From contig NC_092674.1 of NCBI RefSeq assembly GCF_964355755.1, positions 18,104,001-18,168,000 of the forward strand: a DNA stretch of 64,000 nt, given 5' to 3'. Below the pieces are notes generated by a model, which searched no databases, was not told the origin of the DNA, and saw only the letters and a program-made list of their open reading frames with translations. The translations under genes were made by a program, and so were the position numbers. Positions 39,351-52,500 of this stretch are shown here, in pieces. The DNA comes from Antedon mediterranea. Lineage: Eukaryota; Animalia; Echinodermata. Position 1 is the first letter of the stretch; every line of letters starts with the position of its first letter.

Positions 39351-41129
39351 CAAAACCTCACACAATAAATTGAAACTTTGCAAAAGTGTAATTTATATCA
39401 TGCTATATCATACCTATTTTTAATCGGTTATAGCTCTTCAGGATGGCTGGTGACCCCCATTTTTAGAAATTTATTATGGAAGCTGAGGAGTTGTAGATAT
39501 GAATTCAAGTACAATTTGTACCTACCAGATGTCACCATATGGTCATTTTAAAAATGGGATTTTTCTCTCTTTTGTACTAATTAATCTCATTTAATAGAGC
39601 ACATCATGCTATAAATGCGTACCCCATTCTATCATGTTCTTTTTCAATCAATTCTCTTGAGTCAAAAACATTTTCAATTTTTATTACGTCAGAAACGGGG
39701 GACTAAAAAAATACGGTATAAAAAATAAATTATTTTATACCGTATTTTGAGCAGTTGCAGCAGAAGCAGGCCCTAACTGTATGGTAATACATTGTAATAA
39801 TAGTTAATTATTATCGGACTTATATCTTTATTACGTTCTACTAAGGCAAGAAATGCGTATCATTATTTTGGTCATGTGATCGATGTAAACATGCGGCAGT
39901 GCAACACAGAATCGAGGAACTGACAAGTCACAAAAGATCGCTTTTCTCAAAAACTACACCCTAACCCACTCCCCCCCTGTATAACATATATTTGGAATAA
40001 AAACAATTGTCCAACAAATTTTAGAGCCAGATGACACCTATTTTAATTTCCTCCTGGTCTATACCGTCCTACACCTGCCAGACTCATTTCCAGGTGTGCT
40101 CCCGTCGGACCCATTCCCGGGTGCAAGTCTGGGAGGATGATCATTGAAGTTACCTACTGAAAGATGAGTATTCCCCGAGACCGGCTCATCTTCCCATATG
40201 TGTCTTGTTCGCGAGTTTATACTCGAAGGTCGGGAAGGGGAATAAATTGGATGTTTTGTTTGGCAAACCATCCCTCTGGGATATGGAAATCCAGGGCGGA
40301 GAATTTGAATCATATATTTCATTTTCTATTCAGACACTAGGGTGCAACTCTGTATTAGAAAAAAAACACAAGTTAGTCTTCAATGTCAAGGTCAAATCTC
40401 AACATTCTTAATTTGCACCGGTTGAGCTGAAACTTGGAGAAAACAGTCTATATTATTTTTATTTTATATTATTTCATTCAGTTCACAACCAACAGCGATG
40501 AAACGCCACTAACAGGTTGCAGGAGGAAGGGTATGTGTAATTCCAAAATCGAGGAGGGCACCACCAAAGTTCATGCGATGTCAAAGGTCATGGTAAAATT
40601 TAAAAATTGCTCCAAACGAGCTGAAACATGGGTAAATTATTCAAACTTGTTAGGTGGGTTCAACAAGTTAGGTTGTCTAGGTCAAATCTTGAAATGTTCA
40701 AATTGCTTCGATCTAGCTGAGTTTTGAGGAAAACAATTCTGATAGAATGAGTATGAATCTCAAGAATGGCGCCACCCAAGGTCATGCGATGTGAAACGTC
40801 AAGGTAAAATTTTAAAATTGCTCCAATCGAGCTAAAACTTGGGTCTTCAAACTTTGTGGCTGGGCGAGTTCTGTATGGATTTTGTATTGATATTACTAGG
40901 TCTATGCAAGTCAAAGGTCACAAATGTGACTGGATGTATAAAAATGTTCTATTGATATCGTTTATAGTTTCTAATTACTTTCAAGTCTATAGTTTCACAT
41001 ACATGGAACTGTTTAGATCCATTTGACTTTTTTCAAGAACATATTTTGTTGAAAAACTTTTACTTTTTGAAATTATTATTCATTTATTTATCTTATATAT
41101 AAAGTGTTTCCTCAACTTGTTTATTCATA

Positions 41130-43310
41130 ATTTCTTATTCTGAATTTCGTAAATTCATTATTGAAATAATTGTTTTTACCCTGATACAAATTTGTTCCCT
41201 TCTTCTACCCAGCCCAATTGTAAGTACTATCAACCTGACCAACTAACCCACTTAATTGGAGAGCTCAGTCACATGAAAAACTTTTCTTCCTTGCATATTA
41301 ATTCTAGAAGTTTATTTCATAATATTGATTCTTTCAAATTATTTTTCACCAATGACAATTATGATTTCTATGTAATTTCAGTCTCGGAAACCTGGTTGAA
41401 AGATGATAATCCATTAACCAATATCTCAAGTTATTCTTTCATTTCGCTAAACAGACTAGGGCAGGCTGGTGGCGGTGTGGGGTTGTATGTTCGAAATAAC
41501 AATGTGTTCAAAGAGAGAACTGATCTTTTCCTAGACCCCTCCCTGTGCGTCTCCCTGTTTATAGAAATTGAATCCAATCAAAACATTATTGTTGGTGTAA
41601 TCTATAGGGCACCATCCCTTGATATGAATGCTGTTATTGATGCTTTTGATCTCCTGTTAAATAATTTAGCAAAAACCAACAAAAAATTTACTTATTAGGT
41701 GATTTTAACATTGACCTACTTAAACATCAGTTTGATTATCAATCCAACAATTTTGTTAATTCTGTCTTTAGTAATTTCTTTTACCTATAATCAATAGACC
41801 AACTTGTATTACCCGAACGTCAGCAACATTAATTGACAACATATTAACTAATCAAATTGAATCATCAATAGTGACATTAGTGATCATTTGCCCATTTTTA
41901 ACATTACACCCCTATCAAATATACCAAACCGTCCCAAAATCTATGTAAACCCTAATCATACCTACAGAAAATTTAACAAAACAAATATTTCAAACTTAAA
42001 AAACGATTTGACAAACATGAATTGGACTGGTGTTTATGGTACGGATGATCCTAATATTGCTTTACTTTCATTTGAAACTGAATTTAAACGACTGTATGAT
42101 AAACATTTTCAAATTCAAGAGCAGTCTGCAGGAACAAAAATAATAAAGACCTGGATGATGAATGAACTTTAAAATTTAATAAAGCATAAACAAAAACTGT
42201 ATTCCAAATCCCTCCGCTATTCCAATGACAAAAACATTAATGAATATAAACAAAGGGAACGTAACTGATGATCCCAACATAATTTCAAATCATTTTAATA
42301 ATTTTTTTGTTGATATTGGACCTACCCTCGCCAAAAATATAGACACATCTAATGCAAATTTGAGAAAATTACCTCCCTCCGCCATCCATAAATTCTTTAT
42401 TTCTTAATCCTGTGACTGTTTTTGAGATCATGGATATTGTTATGCGCCTCAAAAATGGTAAAGCACCTGGCATTGATGATATTAACTCGTCTATTATTAT
42501 CCCTTTCATTTCTGAACCCCTCTGCTACATTTTCAATCTTTGTTTTATAAATGGCAACTTTAAACTAGCTAAAGTAACTCCTATTTTTAAAACTGGTGAC
42601 AAATCTGATTCCAGTAATTACCGTCCTATACCAGTGCTACCGATATTTTCCAAAATACTACGCCTTATTTATGATCGAACATACAATTATCTTCAGAAAA
42701 ATAATATACTTTACAATAAACAATTTGGCTTTCGTAAGAACTATAATACATCTACCGCACTTCTTTAATTAACAAATGAAATTGTTGGGGCTTTCGAGAG
42801 GTGTGAAATTGCCATTGGTATTTTCATTGACCTCTCGATGGCCTTTGATACAATTGATCACGATATTTTATCATATAAGTATAATTATGGAATCTGTGGC
42901 CCTGTATATAATTTATTCAAAAGCTACCTCTGAAACATAAATTTAAACACACCCTTTCTGATTTTCTTCCTATTATTTGTGGAGTCCCTCAAGGTTCTCT
43001 GCTTGGGCCTCTATTATTTTTATTATACATAAATGATATCCATAATAATGCCTCGAATATGTTTTCGTTTCTGTTGTATGCTGATGACACAACCCTAATT
43101 TACACTGATAAAAATGTAGATTCCCTTTTTAAAATATCAACTGAAAATCTATTAATTTTAACATACTTTTCTGCAAACAACTTTCTGTTAATTTAAAGAA
43201 GTGTTGTTGTATGGTGTTAAAAAATTCACAAATACCACTAAATACCCGTACTTTCAAATTAAAAATCAATTAATACCTATTGTTGAGAAAACTAAATTTG
43301 CAGTAATTGA
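41130..43310 (+). mobile_element. Decayed L2/Crack-like LINE ORF2
   Basis: HINSRSL, SETWL, GGGVGLYV, GDFNIDLL, SDHLP, KAPGIDDI, NYRPI, GVPQGSLLGP, LYADD with many indels. 3' truncated. Confidence 0.88.
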
Positions 43311-43991
43311 TTAATAATAATGTTTAGCGTTTATTACCGTACCGGTAAATGAAGTACCTTCATCGGGGATTGTTAGTCGCGCATGTTTTCCGGAAAAGGT
43401 AAGCTACGATTGTTTTGCTGTTTTCTAGTGCGCTGTGCAGCATAATTTTCAGTGAATTTTACGTGTGAGTACCATTTCCGGCCATCTAGGGGTGTCATTT
43501 AACAAAATTAAGTAATACTTTTATTACTGTTCAGTGTTTAAAAAAATTATTAGAAAGAATTCATATTACGTTTCTGTATTATAACAATTTTCAAGGACAA
43601 ATGTCATTCTATTTTTTTATATAGACTTTCAAGGAAATTAAGGACGCGTACGAACCCTGTCCTGTGTATGTGGCATGCTTTGCATACATTTTGAGAATTT
43701 CCAGTTATTTACGTCAAAGATTTAAATAAAATATTTTAGAATCACTGGTGAGCTTCGCTGGCTTATAATTGGTCAATTTTTACTTTCACCCTTTATACTG
43801 TATCTCATCTGTGAGATTAGTGCGCATACCCTTAAGTTGTTATAATAGGTCAATTTTGACGGTTGACCCTTTATATCTCTTCCAGATTCGTAAAATTCTG
43901 GTATATAAAAGTTGGATGGCAATTGTCCCCTGATACAGTCCCCTTTTTGTAAATTGTATTTATATTTGAATTATTATTAATAAACTCTTAC

Positions 43992-44131
43992 TTGGACATC
44001 CAAGCTATTTTAAGGTCACGAATAGCATCTGCAAATTCTTCTTCTTTATTTTTATCTTTTGACTTATCAGCTTTAGTATTACTTGCTTTGTGGGGCGTCT
44101 GTGTTAATACATACATAAAAGGATAGCTGTC
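43992..44131 (-). CDS. TPP2: TPP2 exon (140 nt): DSYPFMYVLTQTPHKASNTKADKSKDKNKEEEFADAIRDLKIAWMS(K)
   Basis: Bounded by ttggtacag and gtaaga. Matches vertebrate ...KEEFTEALRDLKIQWMTK. Ends phase 2. Confidence 0.94.
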
Positions 44132-46182
44132 CTGTACCAAAAACAAAGAAAAAAACAAACAATTATGATGATGAGTTAACATCAATTGTAAAATTATTAT
44201 TTAAGAAAACGTTGTATCATTGTTTAAATTCTTTCAATTTATCACGAACTAAAACACAAAAAAAAGAAAGAAAATAAAATTTAATTGATTTGATATCGAC
44301 TTGACTAAATGTGTACCGCCAAACCAAAACCAGGCGTTTGTCGGCAGCAAGGGATTTCTGTAAAATGCTTCTGAATGTGTAAAACCTATATCTTGACCAT
44401 TTTTAGTTTTTTAAATAATCTTACAGAAAATTTACCGTAGATTCCAAAAATCTATGTATTTTAAAGAAATTATAAGTATAAATCAATGAAAATAACATTT
44501 TAATGAGACCCCCTTTTTCGTCTTTGGTGAAAAAATCAAGTTCTATTCTGTAATTTGTGTCTATTTCTAACAAACTTTTACCTCTTTGATTATGAGAAGA
44601 CCCCTTAATGTGTGGTATTTTTAGAAAGCTCGTGAAAAAATCTTTCCAAAGATAAAGGTTGTAGGTCATGTAAAATAATAGTATAGCCAATCAAACACAT
44701 TCTTTAATAACCTTTTGGTATAAGCAAACCAGTCTTGTTGCTACGGAATCCTGAAACAGGCAATTTGATTGGCTAACAGAGTGGCTCAAGTCATTGAAGC
44801 GTTAAATTTGCCTTTAACAGCTATTCAAAGTACACTGAGGAAGCGGTAAGGTTTTAACAAAACATTCTTACTGTAAAAAACATTCAATATTAATTTATAC
44901 TTGCTATTTATGCATCCTAGATAATAATAAAACAACATAGAATAGTTTAATGATTTATATAATATGAAAAGTAGAAATATTGGCTTCGCTAGCGAATCGT
45001 AAACAACAAGAGGTTAGAAAGTACGAAATGACTTTCTAGCGCGACACACTCAGTTTGGTGAACACAGAAACACTTTTGATCAAAATATTAGGCCTAGCCT
45101 AGGCATAAGATAAGAGATGAACTGTATGCCAGCTTAGTACTTCAAGTTAGCCTAGTAAAACCACCTAGCATACCTTGGTCTAGGCCTAGCCCAAAAAAAA
45201 AGATTTTTAAATGTGTTTAAAAAAGTTTAATTTAATTTTCCATTCTGTTTTCAGATCTTGATTGGTAATACTGTAATGTATACCAATAGTTTTGACAGTG
45301 GTGGTGATGCTGTTGCTACTTTCTCTTCTCAAACAACTCCAATAATGGTGATACGGTGCTTAATATAACTTTACAAAAATGACTTTGATTCTGATGATAC
45401 ATGACACATGTATTCTATTATGCAACGTAACCCTGAATAAAACCGTGAAATAATTGTATCGAAAAATATGTATGTATTTAAAAGACCCGGCACAAAAGAT
45501 GATAATACTGTTGTAACACGCAGCCTGAAATGACCAAAATGTTATAATTTAAAGTGTACCAATTGTAAATAAATTTAAACACATCAAACACAATCAACTG
45601 TCTGTGTATCGTTAATTTTGGTTCATTTCTATATGTTGTATTTTTATTGTCACTTTATTAATAGTACTTATTTATAGTTATTACAAGCCTCACACATAAC
45701 ATAAGTTTAGTAAAAAAAACTTTACTAACGTATGTTGTTATTTGAAGTCTCATTTGACAATGTTAATGTTACTGGATTTCTTTGAAAATTTCAATGATTA
45801 TAGAAAAATGTATTAGTTACATTTGTGCTAACTTTCAAAGTCATAGGTATACTAGAAGTTAGCGTTGTCAAGGTGAACATGAGTCGCTGTCTGCCAGCAC
45901 ATTTAAACTTCCTGTTTGAACTATTGTTGATCTTTGAATGCATTTTTCACTGCTAAATAAAAATGAATTCTTACTTGTATTTCTTTACTTATTGTATCAT
46001 TACTCTAAAAATACTTGACCAAATTGAATAATTTTTTCAGTATTTTAAAGCAAATTATGTGCTCTCTACAAATATCTTTAAAACTCAAAATGTCACATTT
46101 ACGACAAATGCCTGGTTTTGATTTGGCTGTACACAAATATTAAATAATATTTCAAAATACAGTATACAGTATCTAAACTCAC

Positions 46183-46251
46183 TGGTTTCAAACCAACATT
46201 TCTTTTTCCCTCTGACCCTTGATCTGCTTGGGTGCCTTTGTTCCACTTGAC
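46183..46251 (-). CDS. TPP2: Candidate TPP2 cassette exon (69 nt): VKWNKGTQADQGSEGKRNVGLKP
   Basis: Polypyrimidine acceptor tttttctctgacctttgaccttgttgccag and consensus donor gtgagt. 23 codons, no stop, phase 0-0 like the flanking exons. Position matches the mammalian alternative insert. No sequence homology recognised. Confidence 0.55.
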
Positions 46252-47628
46252 CTGGCAACAAGGTCAAAGGTCAGAGAAAAAATTAAAATATTAAACCGAT
46301 GACATGCAATTGAAAGAGATATAAACTTGCAATCTTGTAATTTGTTATTAGTATCAATATTAGGTTTAATCTGTGAACAAATTAAAAAAAACAAATCTAA
46401 TTGATTATCCATGCTTGATGGATAATTTGTGTTATCTGATCATCTTTTTTTCCTGTTATCCACATCTAATGTGAATAACCATTGTGACTGTCAAGTTTGT
46501 ATATTTTCTTTAACCAACCATCATCATCAAAGTTACTCTCATTTCTCTCCAGGATTTTTGTACGGGATGTTTCTCATTATATAAACCTATATTTGATCTG
46601 ATCTTTTGATGACGTCAGCATGACTTACACTTACACACTGGATATAGTAAAAATAACTTACAGATTAGATTAGCGGTGTTAATACTTGGAACTTTTTACA
46701 TTGGTCAATGTGTGAAATACGTATAGGAAATTTTCAGTTGGGCAACTTTGTCAAGTCACAACCCACAAAAAAATATTTCTATATATTATATAGATTATGT
46801 AAATATGTGAATGCAATTGGTCGAAATGGCATCACATGTAATTTTTGTGCCTCCATCATTAGACAAATAAAATCCAATGAAATTATGTTATATAATTTTC
46901 GCGTAGTAACTCGCACTGTGTTACTAGACAAATACAAATACAACAAATATTGGTTGTCAAACTCGCGATGTCTGTATCGCAAGACATTGCTCTAACCGTT
47001 GCAACATCAAACAAGCTTGCAATAATATATCACCTGACATATTTATTTATATGATTACATAGAGCCCTCATCTACCCAGCTCTATGTGGCCGGCTATATG
47101 AAATAACAAATGTCGCCTTCTATATTGGTGAATTATTACCTTCTTCTATATTATAATAGCACTAAGCCAAAATTCGTTTCTCATCTCCTCTTAAACCGCA
47201 AGTCCGATACCAGCGGAAAATTTGTACGAAAAATACGTTTTTTATTAGACCAATTTCTTTGCAACTGCCAAATGCTGCATCCCTCAGGGATGTCGATTTT
47301 AACCAGGTTAAACTATGAACAAAATTCTTACCCACTACATACTATATACCAGGATGAATTGATATATTAAAATATAAAAATATTATTAACATTTATCAGT
47401 AGAAATGTTGTATTCGTTTTTAAAATCTTTAATTTGAAATACTTTGCGAAACAAGTTAATACTTTAAGTTTGGTCACACCATATTCAAAATGGTATATAT
47501 TTTAAATCAGCATTAGGTGTACAAAATATTTTTTTATTTTGATATTAATAGTTTTAAATTTAAAGATAAAAATTTGGCTGTATCTAAATAAGTTTTGGCT
47601 ACAAAATATGATAAAACTTGTATTATAC

Positions 47629-47949
47629 CTTTTTTCCAAGATCACCTTTAGCCAATGTCATTGTGCCGGTAAGAATCTGACCCAAAGTTGCTCCTTTTGG
47701 CAACCTATCATCAGGTATTGGTGGAATAAATATAGGCACTGAATTTCCTGCCATGAGGTTCATTGTGTTGAACTTGTTCTTGCCATTAAGAGCAGACAGA
47801 ACTGATGGAAACATATCAATGGTGAAGCTTGTTGACAATTTCTGATCAATAAGCATAACCATATCTTTGATTTTTTCTAGCATTTCTTTCTTCTCATGAC
47901 GTACTTGAAATCGTAAAGTATAGTCACCCTTTTCCAGCTTTAATGTGTA
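47629..47949 (-). CDS. TPP2: TPP2 exon (321 nt): YTLKLEKGDYTLRFQVRHEKKEMLEK...LAKGDLGKK
   Basis: Lies in ORF 47623..47973. KLEKGDYT.R.Q.RHE and DD.LPKGA motifs of TPP2. Bounded by catcag and gtataa, phase 0-0. Confidence 0.96.
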
Positions 47950-48179
47950 CTGATGAATAATAATTGTAAACAATTAAGGATTATTCCAAGTCTAGGTGTA
48001 CTTCGTTTAAGTCTGCATTTGCAAGACATTTTTATTCGCATCCACTTATATACAGGTTTCAATAAAATAATACTTTTGAGCATTCTGTATGGTAAACATA
48101 CTGACGAAATGAATATAAAAATGGAATTTCATATCAAGTCTAATAAACATATACCGGTATTAAGGAAATTAATAATTAC

Positions 48180-48317
48180 TTGTTGAGGATAAGCATCACC
48201 AGCACCTATATATTGCTTGTTGCTGTCAAAAAGCATCCAAAGTTGACTCTCATATTCAGATTCATATAGTAGGTCACTTAGTAAAGGGCAGTTGGGCGTG
48301 ATCTCTGATGTTTTACT
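48180..48317 (-). CDS. TPP2: TPP2 exon (138 nt): [46 protein letters not shown]
   Basis: Bounded by ttttgaatag and gtaatt. Contains the conserved TPP2 block LLYESExxSQLWxxFDxNK...GDAYP. 127-nt intron to the previous exon. Confidence 0.96.
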
Positions 48318-48444
48318 CTATTCAAAATGAAATAAGAATTAGTTATGGCATACAAAATCTCGTTTTCAAGAAAAGAACATGATTTTACATATTGTTGGAA
48401 TACACTCTGTATCAGGTTTACAATATAGTAGATGATACTTTTAC

Positions 48445-48541
48445 CTGATGAAAATTATATGTAAGAAGTAGTTCATATATTTGTCTACCCTCTGTTAGAA
48501 CATCTCTAGAGCCAAGTGGTTTGATTTTGGCATCAGAAGGC
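48445..48541 (-). CDS. TPP2: TPP2 exon (97 nt): (R)PSDAKIKPLGSRDVLTEGRQIYELLLTYNFHQ
   Basis: Acceptor ...ttttag and donor gtaaaa. Translation aligns with vertebrate TPP2 RPVSAKTKPLGSRDVLPNNRQLYEMVLTYNFHQ. Starts phase 2, ends phase 0. Confidence 0.95.
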
Positions 48542-49555
48542 CTAAAAAAGAATCCATTTTTAAAATAAGAGCATAGACTAAATAAACATTCAAAATATTA
48601 AATGAAATTATGAATAATGACCATCATGCACATGTGTGCTTTAAAACTTTAAAATTATCAAAATCAATTTAAGATTAAATTAGAGCGCCGTTCCGCAACC
48701 TGTGGGTCACGAAAAAAAATTGATGGGTCGCGAAATCGTCTCTGATGCTGAAACTTGTTGGGGAATAGGGGGGAATTCCTGTTTAGGACAATTAGGATTT
48801 AATCACCTACGAGTTGGTTCTACTGCGATAGTTTGCTGTAGTTGCTGCCGAGGGCTTTTAAAGTTCTGCTTTACTTGTATGATGTGGACCGGCGCTAGGA
48901 ACTTCTACAATGAACATACAGTAATAAGAAAAGCCTAAACTAGGTTCAGTCTAACCAGTAGAGTCAGAATAGTTTGAGTGAGGAGGACAGTGGTTTTTCC
49001 TTGCCAATATACATAAATAAGTCCAAAACCACAACAAAAAAAATCATTTTAAATACGATCTTTAATTTTTCAAAATCTCTATCATTTTCAGCCAACTAGA
49101 GGTGCCATTTATCATGAATTTTACGTGCGAGTGTACCATTTCACCCCTTTTATGAACACTGATCAAGAAATTGGCCATAGGAATATCTCAACATAGATAC
49201 TGTACATAATTCTATTCATTCTAATGAATAACATCACAGTTAAATCTCTCATCACAAGGATCATTATTGGTTATCCGCAACGAAGTTGCTGGATAACCTC
49301 TTTAGTCCGGTGGCAGGAGGGGGAATCACCACCCGAAAGGGGACAAATTGCCATCCAACTTTTCTAGACTAGAATTTTCCGTAGATTACGAATATGGAAG
49401 GTAATCGATCAGGATAGGAAGCGTTTTCGAGATATAACGGGTCAAAGTTCAAAATTGACCAATTACAACAATGTATGTATATGTATTACTGTATAACAAA
49501 TTTATTGAAGCACAATTTGGTCTTTTATTACATTTTTATGATTATAAGTGTCTAT

Positions 49556-52500
49556 TCTTTCTTTCTTTCTTTCTTTATTTACCCATAAATATAAATTATA
49601 AACATTGTAATAATATACAAATAATAATAATTATATCAAGGGAAGGGCTAAAAAATAGTTAAAACTAATCAAGTTCAGCCCCTAAACGTTGAAGTATAAA
49701 TAGTTATATAAATAAATTAGGGCTACTTGTCTAAAATAAAATTAATATACATAAACATTTTTTTTTTTTTAAATACACTTTCTCTCAAATATATACAATA
49801 TAATTCTCTTATAAAACTAGACATGAAACTCGTCACTTTGACGAGTTAGTTATCCGCACGACAGATGCCACGTGCACGTCATACGTTAAAAACTATAATA
49901 AGAGGTGGTCCTGTATTTTCGCCTTGTATTATAATTATACAGTACACTGTGTATAAAAGGAGTCATTAATTCTACATGATACAGAGGGCGGCAAACAACA
50001 ATTTGCTCACATCAGAGACTATGCTGGTGTACATTGTACTACTGTATATTATATGACATATTAACTGAATTATGGGACCTGCCTTTAATTCAAATATTTA
50101 ACATGATGACGTCATAAAAAAAACAACACAACGATAGCAATTTCTGAAGAAAATTATCTTAGCAACAACATATTAACGTGTAGAAGAAATTTGAATACGT
50201 AAAATGTTGGTGCGCGCACATTTAAATGTGATGAACTATTACGCAAAATATGAAAATACGACTTTTTTTATTCAACTGGCAATATGATGACGTCACAACA
50301 TCCGATTGGCAAAATGTTTACATGAATTCGTATCTACAATCCTATAGCTTCCAGAAAACGTTTTAATCGTGATTATCACATTTTATTCTTACGAGCTATT
50401 ACAGATTAAAATTTACTGTAAAGATGAAATTAATGACCCACGTAATTAAAATTTTTAGGCATGATGACGTTATAAAAATTTAAATATTTTTATCTCATGC
50501 TAAAGAAAGTTGATTGACCTAGACAATATATAAATATAGGAGAAAAAGGAATACAGATAAGCGTGATGCGCTCCATTGAATGTGATGAGCAATAACGAAA
50601 CAGACAAAAATCCTATATTTTACATTCGTGTGGCCATACGATTACGTCACAATGTTTTTTTAGCCTTATCGATGCATGATCCGATATCTGCAACTCATCA
50701 ACTTCTATATTTTGTAATAAAAATAAACGGTTCACGGTTTACTTTAGAAACTATGACTGTTTAAAAAAAGACATTATTTTGATGATTTTTTAAGCTTTTT
50801 CATAAAAAACGCGCACAAATTGTCTAATTCAACGTGTTCGTATGGCGTTATTTAAACTGGAAAAGTTCTAAATTGTTTTCAAAATTACTAGGAAAGGCTT
50901 GAAAAATATAATTCAAGAGAAAAAAATATGTTTTTATCGCTACGTGCGCACCGCGTGCGTAAAAAATTGCGCGCCCGTGGGAATTTTTGACATGCTCAAA
51001 ATGACATGAAACGCGTAAAAAGTTGATTAGAAATTAATTTTGCGCATTTTGAAATTTTAAATGCGCGTGCGCGCGTAACTTCTTGTGAAACATGCCATTT
51101 TTAATCCGTAGAAAGTTTGCCCCTGATATGACTTAAATTTTGTCAAAGTGTCAATACTAAATGACTTTTGGTTTTTAATCTATGATCAATCATTGAAATT
51201 CATAAAATTGCGCGTAAGTCACGTTGCGCAACTATGACGTCATTCAAAAATAGGAGGTGCACAACTTCACGTAAATGCCCATATGTTGTCAAAGTTATGA
51301 AATGTTATGTTTACACATTTTAGAGAAACGCGACTCACAAAAAGGAAGGAAGGAAAGAAGAATAATACAGAAAAAAAATGTTGATCTCATACAATAACAA
51401 GGAGTTATCCGCTTGGTATACCAAGCGGATAACTAATAAATAAATATCACTATACAAACAATTAGTATGTTTTCATTTATTTTTTGAATTTGCTTTTTGT
51501 TAGAAACCTTAAATTATCCGGGATTTCATTCCAGAGCTTTGCACCAGAATACTTGATGGAATGTTGTCCTATGTTTGTTCTATATTTTGGTACATACAAC
51601 TTTTCTCTAGTCTGAGACCTTGATGAATAACGAAAATGAATATATACAAAAAATATTTAGGAGTTGTATCTGGAAATTTACCATGTAAACTATCATGAAC
51701 AAATAAAGTAATTAAATACTGATGCTGCTGATAAATATTTAAAATTTTAAGTTCTTTGAATAATAATGATGTTGGTGCTAGTCTATCAGAATAAGTCAAT
51801 GTGCGTATAATACGTTTTTGTGTTAAATATACTGGTTTTAAATGAGTTTTATAAGTGTTACCCCAAGCTTCTAATGCAAATGAAATATGAGGCAAAATAA
51901 AACAATTATATAAAAGCACCAAAATTGATTGGGGTACAACATATTTAAGTTTGTACAATAAACCAGCCTTAGAACTAATAATTTTATTAACCTTATTAGA
52001 ATGCACTTTCCATGTAAAGTCTATTATCTATATCTACCCCAATGTAAGTTGTAGCTTCAACTTCATCTAATTTTGATTCCTTTATGTATATATCCCCCTT
52101 TACTTCAATTATTGTATGCTGATTACGAAATATAATATAATTTGTCTTTTTAGAATTAATTGTCAACTTATTAACATCACACCAATCTACTATATGTTTC
52201 AACTGCTCATTTACATTTGTTAGGTCAACAATTTCATGTGGATTAAAAGAACAAAATAAACTAGTATCATCTGCAAATAATCGTGTATCAAAGAAGTCAG
52301 AAGAGTTTACAATATCATTTACATAAATAAGAAACAATGTAGGTCCTAAGACCGACCCTTGTGGTACTCCACAAGTTATTGACTTCTCATTAGACTCTAT
52401 TCCATTTACACTGATACATTGTTTCCTATTATATAAATAATTTTTAAATAAAGCTAATGGCAACACTCTTATCCCATATCCATATCTCTTATCCAGTAGT

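Noticed and set aside
44640-44830. Crypton-like ends (gccaatca / tgattggc motifs; also about 60690)
   Set aside because: Only short motifs, with no boundaries or recombinase sequence to support the call.
46537-46586. Second candidate cassette exon in the same TPP2 intron
   Set aside because: 50 nt, weak splice sites, in-frame TGA. No support beyond AG/GT dinucleotides.
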